A DNA stretch of 64,000 nucleotides, from positions 44,518,001-44,582,000 of the forward strand of contig NC_087436.1 of NCBI RefSeq assembly GCF_036321535.1, written 5' to 3'. This document shows, one piece after another, positions 1 to 12,518 of this stretch (the stretch's first letter is position 1; every line of letters begins with the position of its first letter). Made by a program: the position numbers and the translations under genes. The notes beneath the pieces were generated by a model that saw nothing but the letters and a program-made list of their open reading frames with translations, did not search any database and had not been told where the DNA came from. Source of the DNA: Camelus dromedarius. Lineage: Eukaryota.

Positions 1-3000
1 ACACAATGTGACAAAAGCTGTAGCCTAAAGGGCATGCACAACAATTGTTTTGAATGTGTAAGCTGCATTATAATGTAGCATGACGTTTATGAAATGCATT
101 AAATCGAATTATGCTATATAGCGTGTGGGATGCAGCTCTGTAGTCTTACTGATGGCACAGGGTTGAGGGGGCAGATCTGAGTAGCTTAAAGCTCATCAGT
201 TTTGAAAACAAGAAAGATCAGATTCTGTCATAAATTTTCTAAGACTTGTGGAGTTCCCTCTTTCCCCCCAATTTGGAATAACTGTTCTCCTCTATACCAT
301 TCAAGTACTATGATCACCTTAAAACTCACAACTGAACATTGGCTGAACCAAATAAATATTCGGCTTTTGCATAAATTCAGTGTTGCTGGGAGAGTTGTCC
401 TTTAACTTTAGCGCAACCAAAAATGTACTTCTACCCATGTGAGTGTTGAAAAAAGAACCCCCCCATAAATCTTTGAAATTGATTCAGTTTATTTAATAGA
501 ATCAGGCTAAACAACCATTTATTTAAATTTTTTCGTCATCAAAAATGTAAAAATTAAATAAATTGGAACAGACTTTTTTGTGTGTCTATATGTATACATG
601 AAAAATGCTTCCATTAATTCATTTTCTTGGTCCAAATCATTACACAAATTCAGTAAGCTCAGCACTATACATACAAAAATAATTTGTAGTGTAGACTGAT
701 GTAATAAAAATAGTCATTTATTTGTCATTTTATACCACTTTATTCATTTTAAAACACAACAACTGGAAACCGTCCATTTTACTTTGCCTTGTAGAGGCAC
801 CACCTTAAAAGGAAGTTTCATAAATCCGTAGAGGCTGAGGGAAAAAAAAAAGAGAGAGAAAAACATCTTAGCTTTTCTTCTAGCCTTTACTGTATTATGT
901 GTTGCTGTTTGATTGTTTACACTTGTTTTAATTATTAAACTTGTCAAAAGGTAGAGTGAGTCTAAACACCTGAATAAATGAAAAAGAATTAAAAAAAAAG
1001 AATGAAAGTAAGAAACGGGTCGAGCTTTTGTGGTTCTAAAATACCGGAAGTGGTGTCTCAATTTGTAACTTCATCCTTTTGGGAAAAAATAATTAATCAT
1101 AATGTATCTGGAAGCTGAAAATCATGCTTTGTTGTGGATATTTGAAACTTTTGGTAGCAGATGTCGTTGGAAAGGTACCACTTAGCTTAATTAGGGTTTG
1201 CCTTGGACCTGAGGGTCTAGGTTGCCCAGGCCAAATGAAATGCATCAGTTTAAACAGTGTCATCAGAAGACAGAGAAACTGGGATAAACATTGCACACTC
1301 ATTCTTTTCACTCTCTGTGCAGTTCCTTATAATTATGTTAGACACAGAGGAAATAGGGATCATACATAATAATTTTTTAAAAGATTTGAAAATATATGCA
1401 AACTGCATGGGAGAGTAGTTGGGGTTAGTTTCTAAAATTTTTCAATTAAATTACTTCTTTTGAAGATCTTTTAAAAACTGAAAATTTTGTGCTTTGAGCC
1501 TTTTTTTTTAAGGTAAACAAAATATTTAGTAACAATATTATATACCAGTTAATAGTTTATTTTCAGGAGATGGATTTTCCACTTTCCTGAATCATATACC
1601 TTTAGTGGAGGAAAACAATATGCCCCCTTAAAGAAAAATTGGGGGAGGAATATGACACAAAATTGTGACTCTGTACGTAAGGCATTTTTCAAACCATTGA
1701 TCCTAGAAACTGGAAGTCTTGAGCGTTTCGAGGCAGCTGTGAATTCATAGGCTATGGATCTGTGTTGGTAGCACAACCTATCAGTGATACTTTTCAAATT
1801 TCTCCGTACATGAGGATGGCTTGTTCTCTTGGATCCCTTTATCTGTCTTCCTCAATATCTCAGCTTCCTTCTGAGCATCTCCTCTTTTGCAGTTTTTGTG
1901 GAATAATACTCAATATACATTAAAAATTATCTGTACAAATCAGAGACCTGCAGTGATTAAGAACCTCTACTGTCAACTAACCAGCCATTTATCTCTATTA
2001 TGCTTAAAAATTATCAGTAGACACGGCATCTAATAAACCCTTTTTTTTTTTTTTTTGGTTAAGCTAAACTGAAAATCCTTTTCGCCCAGATTTTCTTAAA
2101 CATGACTCCAGTTGAATCTGTCACAATACTCAGTTAATTAAGAGGAAATCAAGCTATTTATAAATTAGGAAATGCATTCATGGATGGCTTAAAATGTAAA
2201 AATTACATGCATTTAATAATCTACATCCTTGAGATTTTAAAATCGTTTTGCATATGTTTCAGTAGGTATGATTCCAGTATACCTGGAGCAGTCATACCAA
2301 AGCTAAGACTGCAGAATATTTGCCTCATTCTTCTTGGACGTAATGCTGTTACCGAACAATAACTCCTTTCTTCAGAAACACTTCGTAACATATGCCACAC
2401 TGAAGTGGACTGAAATGCTTGTGGTCAGAGGAACATGGCAAGATTTCAGATAGGAAGGAAGGCATCCCTCTCTCCCTTTAAAAAAATATGATCGGTCACA
2501 CCTTTTCCCCTTCTGTTGGCTACGCAAGACAATATCCATTCTCTTTTCTCCCTGTGTGTTGTTGTAGGTGCCCCAAGGCCATTTAGGTAATGTGCTGCTT
2601 TTGTCTTGATTGTTTATACCAGCTAAAGGCAAGCTTTCAAGTCATTGTATGGAGACCTGGACTAGAAATTCAAGTTGAATTACTTAGTTAATCAAATGTC
2701 CCAATGTGAAAGAGTGTGGAAACACCGGTTTGTGGTAGCTTATTTCAGAGACAGGTCTGCTTAGGTCTCTGCTACCGTTCTTTCCAATTTCCTACCAAGA
2801 GTAAATTGGTTTTGCTCACATTATTGCTCTTTCTCACGTTTCGGTTGGTCTTACCAGAGAAAATGGCTCAGTGCTGCAGCAGTGATTTGGAGAATACCAA
2901 TCCCTTGATTTAGACAACAGGTTTTTATTTCTTCTCATCTATTGTTCTGGATGCCTTTTTTTCTTTTTATAAACGGACTAGAACAAAGGACTATTGTTCT

Positions 3001-6000
3001 TACCATGACTGCATATGCTAGTGACATATATGGGAAAATAAAACAGGAAGGGTTTTCTTTTCCAGTTACATATTCTACTACTGCCTAACAAAAGTGCTAG
3101 CGGCATAAAATGATGCAATAAACCTCTCTAACAGTAGCTGATTTGTATGCAACAATGACCATAAGGGTAACTCTTCAACAAACCTGAATCTCATATATAA
3201 TGCATAGCAGTTAATAAATCATAGTAAAATCAGATGGCTGAGAGCCAACAATACCTAACTAGTAATGGAAAGGGGTGGAAAGATTTATAGAGAGACAGAT
3301 TCTGTCTGGATTTTGCTTTTAAGATGCTCACCAACTGCAGTGGAGTATCTTACACGGTTTCTAACTAGACGAGTATTCTGTTGATTCATTCTGTCTTTTT
3401 TCCTTTTCTTTCTTTTTTTTTTTTTTCTTTTTCCCTAAGGGTCTTTTGCAGAAAGGGGCTACCCTTTTTCTTCTACCACCAGGTGGAGTGTTTTCCACTA
3501 AACATTTAAAGTTTTACACATCAGAACCAATACAAGTCTCATGGGGAGCAACTTTTGAACATCTAGTTAACTAAGTAAGTTTTTAGTAAGGCGTTGCCCT
3601 CAATCAAATACATGTAGCTAAATATACCTTGAAACCTCTGCTCAAAAATCTTTTTTTTCTTTAAATAGCATTTCACATACCTTGACAGAGAAGCAGGGTT
3701 AGAGTTTTGCTTTATAATTTCAGAACAAAGTGTTCTTAGATGTGCTCACTGTATCTCACTGCCAGTATTTTACTGGCTGTAGTATGTGAATCTTAAAAAT
3801 GCAGAATTTGCAAATTTGTCACATGTCAAGAGAAGGAATATTGAAGACAACATGTGCCAAACAGATCTGAGAGAAGCATTCGCTTCAAATCTGTTTCTGG
3901 TTATTAGTAGGTCTTGGCCAATTTCCGGCGCTGACATGGGCTATTGAGATGTGTGGCAAACATGTCACCGTAGGGTTAGAAATATTTGAATCTACTGAAT
4001 TATGACCTTTTACAAATTCTTAACATTTAAAAAAATGAAGATAAATTGCTAAAGGAGTGGATAGTAGAAATTATTAATGCCTCTGCTTGGTTGCCTACAC
4101 AGTGTTCTATCCTGTGCAGACTCAAGTTTTTAAGATTGTTTTCCATTTACTTCTGGACTTTGATGAATTCTGAAGAAGAGACCATTTTCCTGAATGTTAT
4201 AATACTAATGTACATACTTTCACTATTAAGCAATACATGTGATAGGGCCTCTTTAATGGTGTGTGTGGAGGTAAAATAGATATAAGATAGAGCATGTAAA
4301 AACCTCACTTTTTTTTTTCTTGTCCAGTGCTTTAGAATTATTTGCCTTCAATTATGATAGCCACAAGATGGCAGTAATTCCTTATTAAATGGTCAGTTGC
4401 CTCTGCTCTGGATTACAGGGTAGTGACTGACTCCTGGTTAGAGAGAAGGAGGAAAATCAAGAGAAGGACCACCTAGGGTTAAGGGTGAAAATAAAATGAT
4501 GCAAGTGTTAGAGGGAACAGGAGTGGTCTAAGGTACAGTGAGATTAGTTTTAACCTGATGTCTTTCGGCTTTCAGGAGGCAGAAATTTCAGGTGAAATTC
4601 AAGTGAAATGGTGTGTCATCAATCAGAATGGCCCTCTTGAAGGCAATGTTATAAAATGACTCCTTTGGAATAATATGGGGATGTGACTAGTTTTATTTCT
4701 TTATATAGTAATTAATTTCCCAGTGACTATAAAGACTTAGGCTTGTTTTGGCAGCTTTAATTCTTGGCTCTCATGTGGTAATGCTGCAGAAATGCAGAGT
4801 GATTGTCAGCAATAGATAGAGATGTTTCACTATGAAAACATCGACATGTCCCTGAGATAAACACTAATTCAAAACAAGTAACTGAAGACAAAAATACATA
4901 AAGTGACCAATACCTGTTGTACTTCAAGAATTCAGAACAGCCCATATTTCAAAGTAGTAGTGGTGTGAGCCGGAGTGTAGACAGTAAAGCAAATCTGAAA
5001 ATAGTGCATTTTTCTGTTTATTCTCCACGAATAAACAGAAAAATGGTTCCAATTGATAAAAAAAAGTGAGCTTTATTTTTTTTAAATGTTAGCCAGCATG
5101 GATAAGATACTCAGAAATTGGAGATGTTGAAAAAAATTGTCAAGAAGAATATTTTAAAAGTTACGTAAATCAGACATAACTGCAAAAGACATAGTTAGCA
5201 AAAAAAGCTAGAGGAAGCAATGAGTCAGAAAGTTATTGTCACAGAGATCTAAAAGGCTAAATATGGCAAAGCTCTGAAAAATACAGCATAAAATTAATGT
5301 TCCTAGTATCCAATGAGTTGAATTAAGTTTTACACATTTAATGGAAAGGACTTTTATTCATTTTTGTCAATGGTGTGCGAAGCCTGTTTTAACTCTATTT
5401 TGTGTAAATAATGTCTGAATTGCTGCTCAGTATTGTAATTCTGATGTAGCCATTTCAGGATTGTGATGAATTTTCTTTGTGTCTGTGCACGGCAAGTGAG
5501 GAGTCAAGAGAGTTATATTTATACTTAAACCTTAAAATGCTATTACTGGTAATATCTAAATAATTAGAATAAAATCATGTTTAGGAAAATAATGCTTAGT
5601 ATTTTGACTCAATTAATTTGCGTTATATATTTTGCTAGCATGGATGAATATTTCTGTTCTTCCCTGTTCTGAATGATCCAGAATGGCCTTCTGTAAGAGG
5701 AGTTTAATAAATTTAGTTAAATATCGTATTTTAAATATACAGGCAGAAGCTAAATTTAGTTACTATAAGTATATGATATTTAACATATGTTTGCAACTGT
5801 CTGTATGCGTATTGAAGCCGTTAGAGTATTGCCTCATTTAAGCCAGGAGATGTATAGTTATCGCAGCAGAAGGACTGGGGATTTTGGTCGCATTTTATTC
5901 ATGTAGATAAACTGTGTTTGAAGTAGAGAGACCATATTTAGAGAAAGAGGAGAAGACGGTGGTTGAGCAAACCTATGTTTCTTTTATCTGTCTGTTTATA

Positions 6001-6394
6001 AGCTTTGATTTATTCATGATTTAACAATATTGTAGAACATAACTTTGAAAATTCTGAACTAGGAAAATAAATTTCTTCTGAGAAGTGGACACTTCTGAAG
6101 CTGTGAAATGTTTAAATAGGAGAGAATAAAGACTTATAATCTAGATTTTTTTCCTCCAAAATTCTAAGTTATAATCATCAAAGCCTTTAAAATATGATGA
6201 GATATAACTTGGCAAACTATGGATATTCTCTAATCAACTAGGAAATTATGTTCAAAACTATTACTTATCATGACGTAAAGAAACTGCATAACATATAGAT
6301 TTGCATAGCCAACACTTGTACTTGAGTATTAGAAACAAAATGCACTATTGTTAAGCAATCTTTTTTTAGTAAAATAGGCAAGTTTATGGCTAAT

Positions 6395-7480
6395 TAAGAC
6401 ATCTCTTGTTCGTATCTCATCTCTTAACAACAATTTGGCATCCATCTGCAGACAAAAATGCCTTTTTTAGGGAGCTGTGGGATCCAACATCATATGCCAA
6501 GGGACCTGGAGAGGAGTCTTGCCCACCCTTGTGTTGGGTAATAGATATACAGACCTTGGTCCCAGCTGTGGGCCCTGCAGTGACCCATGAACTGGCTGTA
6601 GCCTCTCTAGAAGCCTCTGGAAAAGACTGTCTTAAACAACTACCCACAGATGAGAGAGTCTTTGTGGAAGTCCAAGTTTCTATATATATAGATGCATTGC
6701 AAAGAACACTTAGTAAAGATTGGAGGAGATGACTGCTACTTCAGATACAAAGACAACAACACAAAACTTCAAGGAACATGAAAAATTAAGGAATGTGACA
6801 ACACCAAAGGATCACAGTAATCTTCCAGTAACTTATCCAAAAGACATGGAGATGTGTGATTTAGTTGTTAAAGAATTCAAAATAGCTGTTTTATGAAAAC
6901 TCAGTGAGCTACAAGAAAATATAGATGTCTCACCAAAAAAAAAAAAAGATAAATATGTGATGTGCTGGATACGTTAATTAACTAGATGAGAGTTCTTTCA
7001 CAATATATACGTATATTAAATCATCATGATGTACACTTTAAATCTCTTACAATTTTATATGTCAGTTATACCTTAATAAGGCTAAATTTTTAAGTTAAAA
7101 ACAACAAAATATAGAAAACAAAATCAGGAAAACAATACACAGACAAAATGAGAACTTTAACAAAGAGAAATCAAAAAGAATCAAACAGAGATTCTACAGC
7201 TGAAAAATTGAATGAATTGAAAAATAGAATAGAATGAATGAAAAATAAATTAGAATGAATTGAAAAATAAAATAGAGGGTATCAATAGTAGAATGGATCA
7301 AGCAGAAGAAAGAATTAGAAGACAAAACTTGAGATTATAATGTCAGAGAACAGACAAAAAGAATGAAAAAGAATGAAGAAAGCCTACATGATCCACGTAA
7401 ACTAGAAAAAGAAACTGTTTGTAAATTATTGGGGTTCCAGAAGGAGAAAAGAAGGAGAAGAAATATAAAGAAATAATGAC
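6395..7480 (+). mobile_element. Old L1 (L1M/L1MA-type) 5'UTR plus degenerate ORF1, interrupted by a nested insertion at 6926-7100
   Basis: GC-richer 5'UTR-like segment, then A-rich ORF1-like sequence (aaagaattcaaaatagctgtttta...ctcagtgagctacaagaaaat; atggatcaagcagaagaaagaatta; aaagaatgaagaaagcctac; ttggggttccagaaggagaa) resembling the mammalian L1 ORF1 coiled-coil/RRM region, with stops and frameshifts. Confidence 0.8.
6926..7100 (+). mobile_element. 5'-truncated L1 3' end nested in L1 ORF1
   Basis: L1 3'UTR motifs (ttcacaatatatacgtatattaaatcatcatgatgtacactttaaat...ccttaataa) flanked by TSD acaagaaaatataga (6911-6925) / acaacaaaatataga (7101-7115), 14/15 identical. Confidence 0.8.
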
Positions 7481-7489
7481 TTCTTTAAA

Positions 7490-7608
7490 TATATTTTCAA
7501 TTATAAGAAGAATAAATTCTGAGGATCTGATGTATAGCATGATGACTACAGTTAATAATGCAGTATTGCATACTTGAAAGCTGCTGAGGGTAGATTTAAG
7601 CATTCTCA

Positions 7609-7655
<47 letters not shown>

Positions 7656-7800
7656 TTAACTATGTTAACTATGTGAGGTGATGGATGTGTTTATTATTTT
7701 GATCTTGGTAATCATTCTATAAGGTATATTTATATCAAATCATCACATTGTATACTTTAAATTTATATAATTATATTTGTCAGTTATTCCACAAAAAAGT
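7490..7800 (+). mobile_element. L1MA-type 3'UTR fragment
   Basis: gaataaattctgaggatctgatgtatagcatgatgactacagttaataat...aactatgtgaggtgatggatgtg...tcaaatcatcacattgtatactttaaat, the typical L1MA8/9-like terminus. Confidence 0.8.
7610..7652. repeat. (CA)n microsatellite, ~21 units
   Basis: Perfect CA run inside the L1 3'UTR. Confidence 0.97.
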
Positions 7801-8647
7801 TTTTTAAAAGTACACTTTTCTGGCCATGAAATTTAACAAGAACAAAAGAGGAATAAAAGGTTTCAGCTAAAGTAAATATTATTACATATTACATAAGATT
7901 TTCCAAAAATACATTATTAGAGAAAATACATATTTTGGGAATTTTCTAATAGGAAACTATTTTTTTCAAAGCTCAGAAAAAATTTTCAAATTATTAGATA
8001 TTTTAAAATTGAAATTAGTTAATTTTTCTCTGTTGAATTACATGTCCATATAAATACATGCTGATCCCCAAATATATGCTCATACCTATAGGCATGTTAG
8101 AATAAACTTTATGTGATATCCTTATTTACATGACATGTGTTTTCAGAAATTCTCATCCAAATGAAGGGATGAAATAAAAACAAGGATGTTAGTAAAGAAA
8201 ACAAAATTATTCTTACACTTTAACTCATTGGTGGTTTTTTCTCCCCCTTAGTTCTCTAACTTGTCTGTGGAACAGGAAAATCATCACCACTTGAAGTATA
8301 CACATGTATATACATACATACATACACATTCACACAAACTTAAAGAGAATTATGTAGATTAGATAGAGCCTGAATAATTCTGATATCTTGTATAATGACA
8401 TTTTGAGTTTATAGAATAAATTTAGTAAAATTAATGATCTGTTTTCTGGTAAGATACTGGTTTGGAGGATTTAATTACAGCTATTTAAAATAATATTTTT
8501 AAGCAAGTTCCATCTTTTATTTATTCATTCACTCTCATCTCCTGTCTTCATTAATCTTCAAATTAGTAGGCATTGAGTGTGAAATCTTGGGAAGACAATC
8601 AACCACGAGGATGTGAGTGAGGTATACCAGACCGATCTCTCCCCCTC

Positions 8648-9115
8648 CTCATTTATTCACTCAATAAATATTTATCAAGCAAATTCTATATATACTTTCG
8701 TCTAGAAACTTAGAATATACCAGCGAACAAAATACATAAGTTTACTGACTTTGGAGAGCATTCGTTCTAATTATAGAAGACAAACAATAAGTAATAGATG
8801 TGATTAATAAGAAATTATATAGAATGATATTAGGTGATAAAAGCTAAGAGGAAAATTTTAAAAAATAGAGCAAGGTAAGGGGCACTGGAAATACGGGCAT
8901 AGGAGTGCAGTCTGCAGTATTAAATATCAGGGTAGGCTTTATTAGTTCAGGAATTAGTGGGGAAAGCATTAATTTAATTGTAGAAATAATGATGATTATA
9001 GTAACTACTCAGGAGGCAAAAGACAGGGCACTGTGAGAGTGTTCATAGATGGGAAGGTCAGGGAAAATCTTCCCTAAGTAGTTGACATTTAAGCTGAGAC
9101 TTGAAGGATGAGACC
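8648..9115 (-). mobile_element. L2 3' region
   Basis: cattta-ttcactcaataaatatttat terminus, followed by ggtcagggaaaatcttcc...gacatttaagctgagacttgaagga, typical of L2a/b. Confidence 0.65.
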
Positions 9116-10289
9116 TGAGGTGACCTTCGGTTTTAGCATTTAGCATTCTGGTCTTCCGCCCCTGTCTTGGAGTATTCTGGGGCAGTAAGAAATGGGTACT
9201 AAACTATCACCTGACTGCTTGTTACTTTGAAGAAATCAGCATTATAATTTTAGTTTTATAACACAAAAGAAAAAACAAATGAAATCCCCAGTCTTCCAAT
9301 GCTGTTCCCCAAAAGCCACTTAGTGTAGTCTAGACAACTTTGAGGCTTAGATTGGTCTTGAATTATTGCCAGGCGAATGTGGGAGAAGTTTTCTGCTTGC
9401 CAGATAAAGGCTGGTTTATCCTGGTTCTCACTGGACTGACATCGAGGGAGGGGTTTGTAGGTGCTACATAGGTTCCTGAGGGGAAAGTCAAGAAGGAAGG
9501 GAGCTGGTGAACTGAAGGAATCATTACTAATGTGAATGATTCTTTTCCCTCAAATTCTGTTTTTTTTTCAAGTAGAGACTAATGATCAAGGAGATCATCA
9601 TTCCAACTTTGCTGTAACCCATTCTCACCCTCAACTTCCCCTCCTTATGGTAAGATGTTTAAAGAACAGAAATTGAAAAAGTATTCTAAAGCATGAAACA
9701 GTGCACATGCCATTTCCTTGAAGATAATGAGTAGGGTAGGTATGATGAATTCTCAAGGTTGCAAGTTCCATGTATAAATAAAAATCTTTGAAAATGGAGC
9801 AACATTTCAACAGAAATAGATACCGTTTTCTAGACTAAATAAGAGAGGAATCTGTCTTGAAGTGTGGTAAAAAGGTCCAGGAAGCACTAAGAATTTTACA
9901 GGAATCTAATATAGAAGTGCTATGAGTAGGGACACAAAAATAAAGATAGAGAAGGAGATTGGAGAACACCAGCAAAGGGTCTGTGTGGAAGGAGATTCTT
10001 TAATCCCCTCAGCAGCAGTCTGATATCAAGTGTTTCTTTCTTCTTCTATTCCATATATTATCCTTTGCACCTCTTTCCCCTTCTCTTCTTTTACTTTATC
10101 CTTTTTCAGTAGAAACCCCCTTGCAGAACGCAGGGGAGACAGCAGACTAGCCACTTAGTTAGTAGCAGTTCCATCCACTTAGGTAATACTGCAAACCAGT
10201 TCCCCCTCAGCCTCAAATACATTCTTTTTTTGAATCTCTCTTTTATACCTAATCTCACTCCTCAGGTTTCATGTTCTTAATATACTTTC

Positions 10290-10375
10290 TGGTTTGAGTA
10301 ATGGGGCCACCATTCACTAACTCTGTGATCTTGGATGTATTATTTCATTTCTCTAGATCTCTATTTCCTCACTTG
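10290..10375 (+). mobile_element. MIR core fragment
   Basis: accattcactaactctgtgatcttgga...tttctctagatctctatttcctcac resembles the MIR core. Confidence 0.55.
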
Positions 10376-10548
10376 CTTGGCTGACTGTTAAGTCTAAAAG
10401 GGGAAAGATTCAAAGATTGTGCCCAAGGAAGTCTGGCATGTTGATAACACATTTGGGAATAGATAATATATGTGAAGATATTTGTATTATCCACCAGAGA
10501 TTATCCACCGTAGAAGAGACACTAAACAACTAAGTACAAAGAATGGTT
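10376..10548 (+). mobile_element. ERVL/MaLR internal pol fossil, RNase H end (left part)
   Basis: Translates to VKIFV..HQRLSTVEETLNN*VQRM, compared with the ERVL pol motif VKIFVSHVNAHQR...EE..NNQVD.M. Confidence 0.7.
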
Positions 10549-10560
10549 CACCAAGTTTTT

Positions 10561-12506
10561 TTTTTATTTTCAAAGTACAGTTGATTTATAATATTAGTTT
10601 CAGATGTATAGCATAGTGATTCAATATTTCTCTAGATTATACTCCATTTAAAGTTACTACAAAATAATGGCTATATATTCCTGTGCTGTATAATATATTC
10701 TTGTTGCTTATCTATTTTATACATGTAGTTTCTATATCTTAAACCTATACCCCTATCTTGCCCCTCCCCATTCCCTCTCCCCACTGGTATCCACTGGTTT
10801 GTTTTCTATATCTGTAAGTCTGTTTCTGTTTTGTTATATACATTCTTCTTATTTTTTAGTTTCCACATATAAGTGATATGATACAGCATTTGTCTTTCTC
10901 TGTCTGATTTATTGCACTACACATAATAGTCTAGGTCTATCCATGTTGTTGCAATGGGAGAATTTCATTCTTTTTATGGCTGAGTAATATTCCATTGTGT
11001 ATGTATGTATGTATGTATGTATATTTCTTTGTTTGTTTGTTGATGGACAATTAGATTGTTTCCATATTTTGGCAATTGTAAATAGTGCTGCTATGAACAT
11101 TGGGGTGCATGTTTCTTTTCAAATTAGTTTTTTTGTTTTTTTTCAGATGTATAACCAGGAGTGAAAGTGCTAGATCATATGATAATTCTATTTTTAGTTT
11201 TTTAAGGACCTTCTATAGTGTTTTCCATGGTGGCTGCACCAATTTACATTCCTACCAGCAATGTACCAGGGTTCTCTTTTCTTCACATCCTCACCAATAT
11301 TTCTTTCTTGTAGACTTTTTAATGCAAAAAAACTCCAGGCTCATTTAAAATTGCATCAAAAAATACTTAGTAATAAACTTAACCAAAGATGTAAAAGACC
11401 TATACTTTGAAAATTATAAAACATTAATGAAGAAACTGGAAGATGGTACAAAGATATGGAAAGATACAAAGAAGTGCAAAGATAGCCCATTTTCTTGCAC
11501 TGAAAAGTTAATATTGTTAGAATGTCCATACTACCCAAAGCAATCTACAGATTTAGTACTATCTCTGTCAAAATACCAATAATATTTTTCAAAGAACTAA
11601 AATAAATAATCCTAAAGTTTATATGGAACCACAAAAGATCCTGAACTGTCAAAGCAATCTTAAGAAAAAAAGAACAAAGCTGGAGGTATCCTGCTTCCTG
11701 ACTTCAAACTATACTACAAAGCCACACACAGTAACCAATACATCATGATAAAGCCAAAAAAAAAAAAAAAAAAAAAAAAAAACAAACCCCAAAACCAAAA
11801 ACAACAGACAAATAGATCAATGGAACAGAATAGAGAGGCCCAAAATAAACTCACGCACCTATGATCAATTAATCTATGACTAAAGAGGCAAGAATATACA
11901 ATGGAGAAAAGACAATCTCTGATAAGTGGTACTGGGAGGACAGCTACATGTGGAATAATGAGATTTGGACATTTTCTCACACCATATATAAAGATAAACT
12001 CAAATGGATTATAAAGACCTAATTGTAAGACTTGAAACCATAAAACTCTGAGAAGACAACATAGGCAGAACACTCTTTGACATAAGTCAAAGCAATATAT
12101 ATTTTTTTGGATCAGTCTCCTATGTCAAAAGAAGCAAAAGCAAAAGTAAACAAATAGAACCTAATTAAAATTAAAAGCTTTTGTACAGCAAAGGAAACTG
12201 TTGATAAAATGAAAATATAACCTACAGAATGGGAGAAAATATTTGCAAATGATATGACCCATAAGAGGTTAATACCCAAAATATACAAACAGCTCATACA
12301 ACTCAATATCAAAAAGACAAGAAACCTGATTAAAAATGGGCAGAAGACCTGAATAGACATTTTTCTAAAGAAAACATACAGATGGCCAGCAGGCATATGA
12401 AAAGATGCTCAGCATCACTAAGTATTAGAGAAATACAAATCAAAACCGCAATGAGATATCACCTCACACCTGTCAGAATTGCTGTCGTCAAAAAGTCTAC
12501 AAATAA
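10561..12506 (-). mobile_element. L1 with 5' inversion: 3' end on minus strand 10561-11320, inverted ORF2 segment on plus strand 11321-12506
   Basis: Minus-strand ORF2 C-terminus ([15 protein letters not shown], 10909-11100) plus 3'UTR and poly(T); plus-strand ORF2 ([29 protein letters not shown], 12382-); TSD caccaagttttt 10549-10560 / cagcaagttttt 12507-12518. Confidence 0.9.
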
Positions 12507-12518
12507 CAGCAAGTTTTT

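Noticed and set aside
6406..6732. 108-aa ORF
   Set aside because: Lies in the L1 5'UTR-like sequence, starts at a non-ATG codon and resembles no protein I recognise
11714..12396. 119-aa and 94-aa hydrophobic minus-strand ORFs
   Set aside because: Antisense readings of A-rich L1 ORF2, a common artefact
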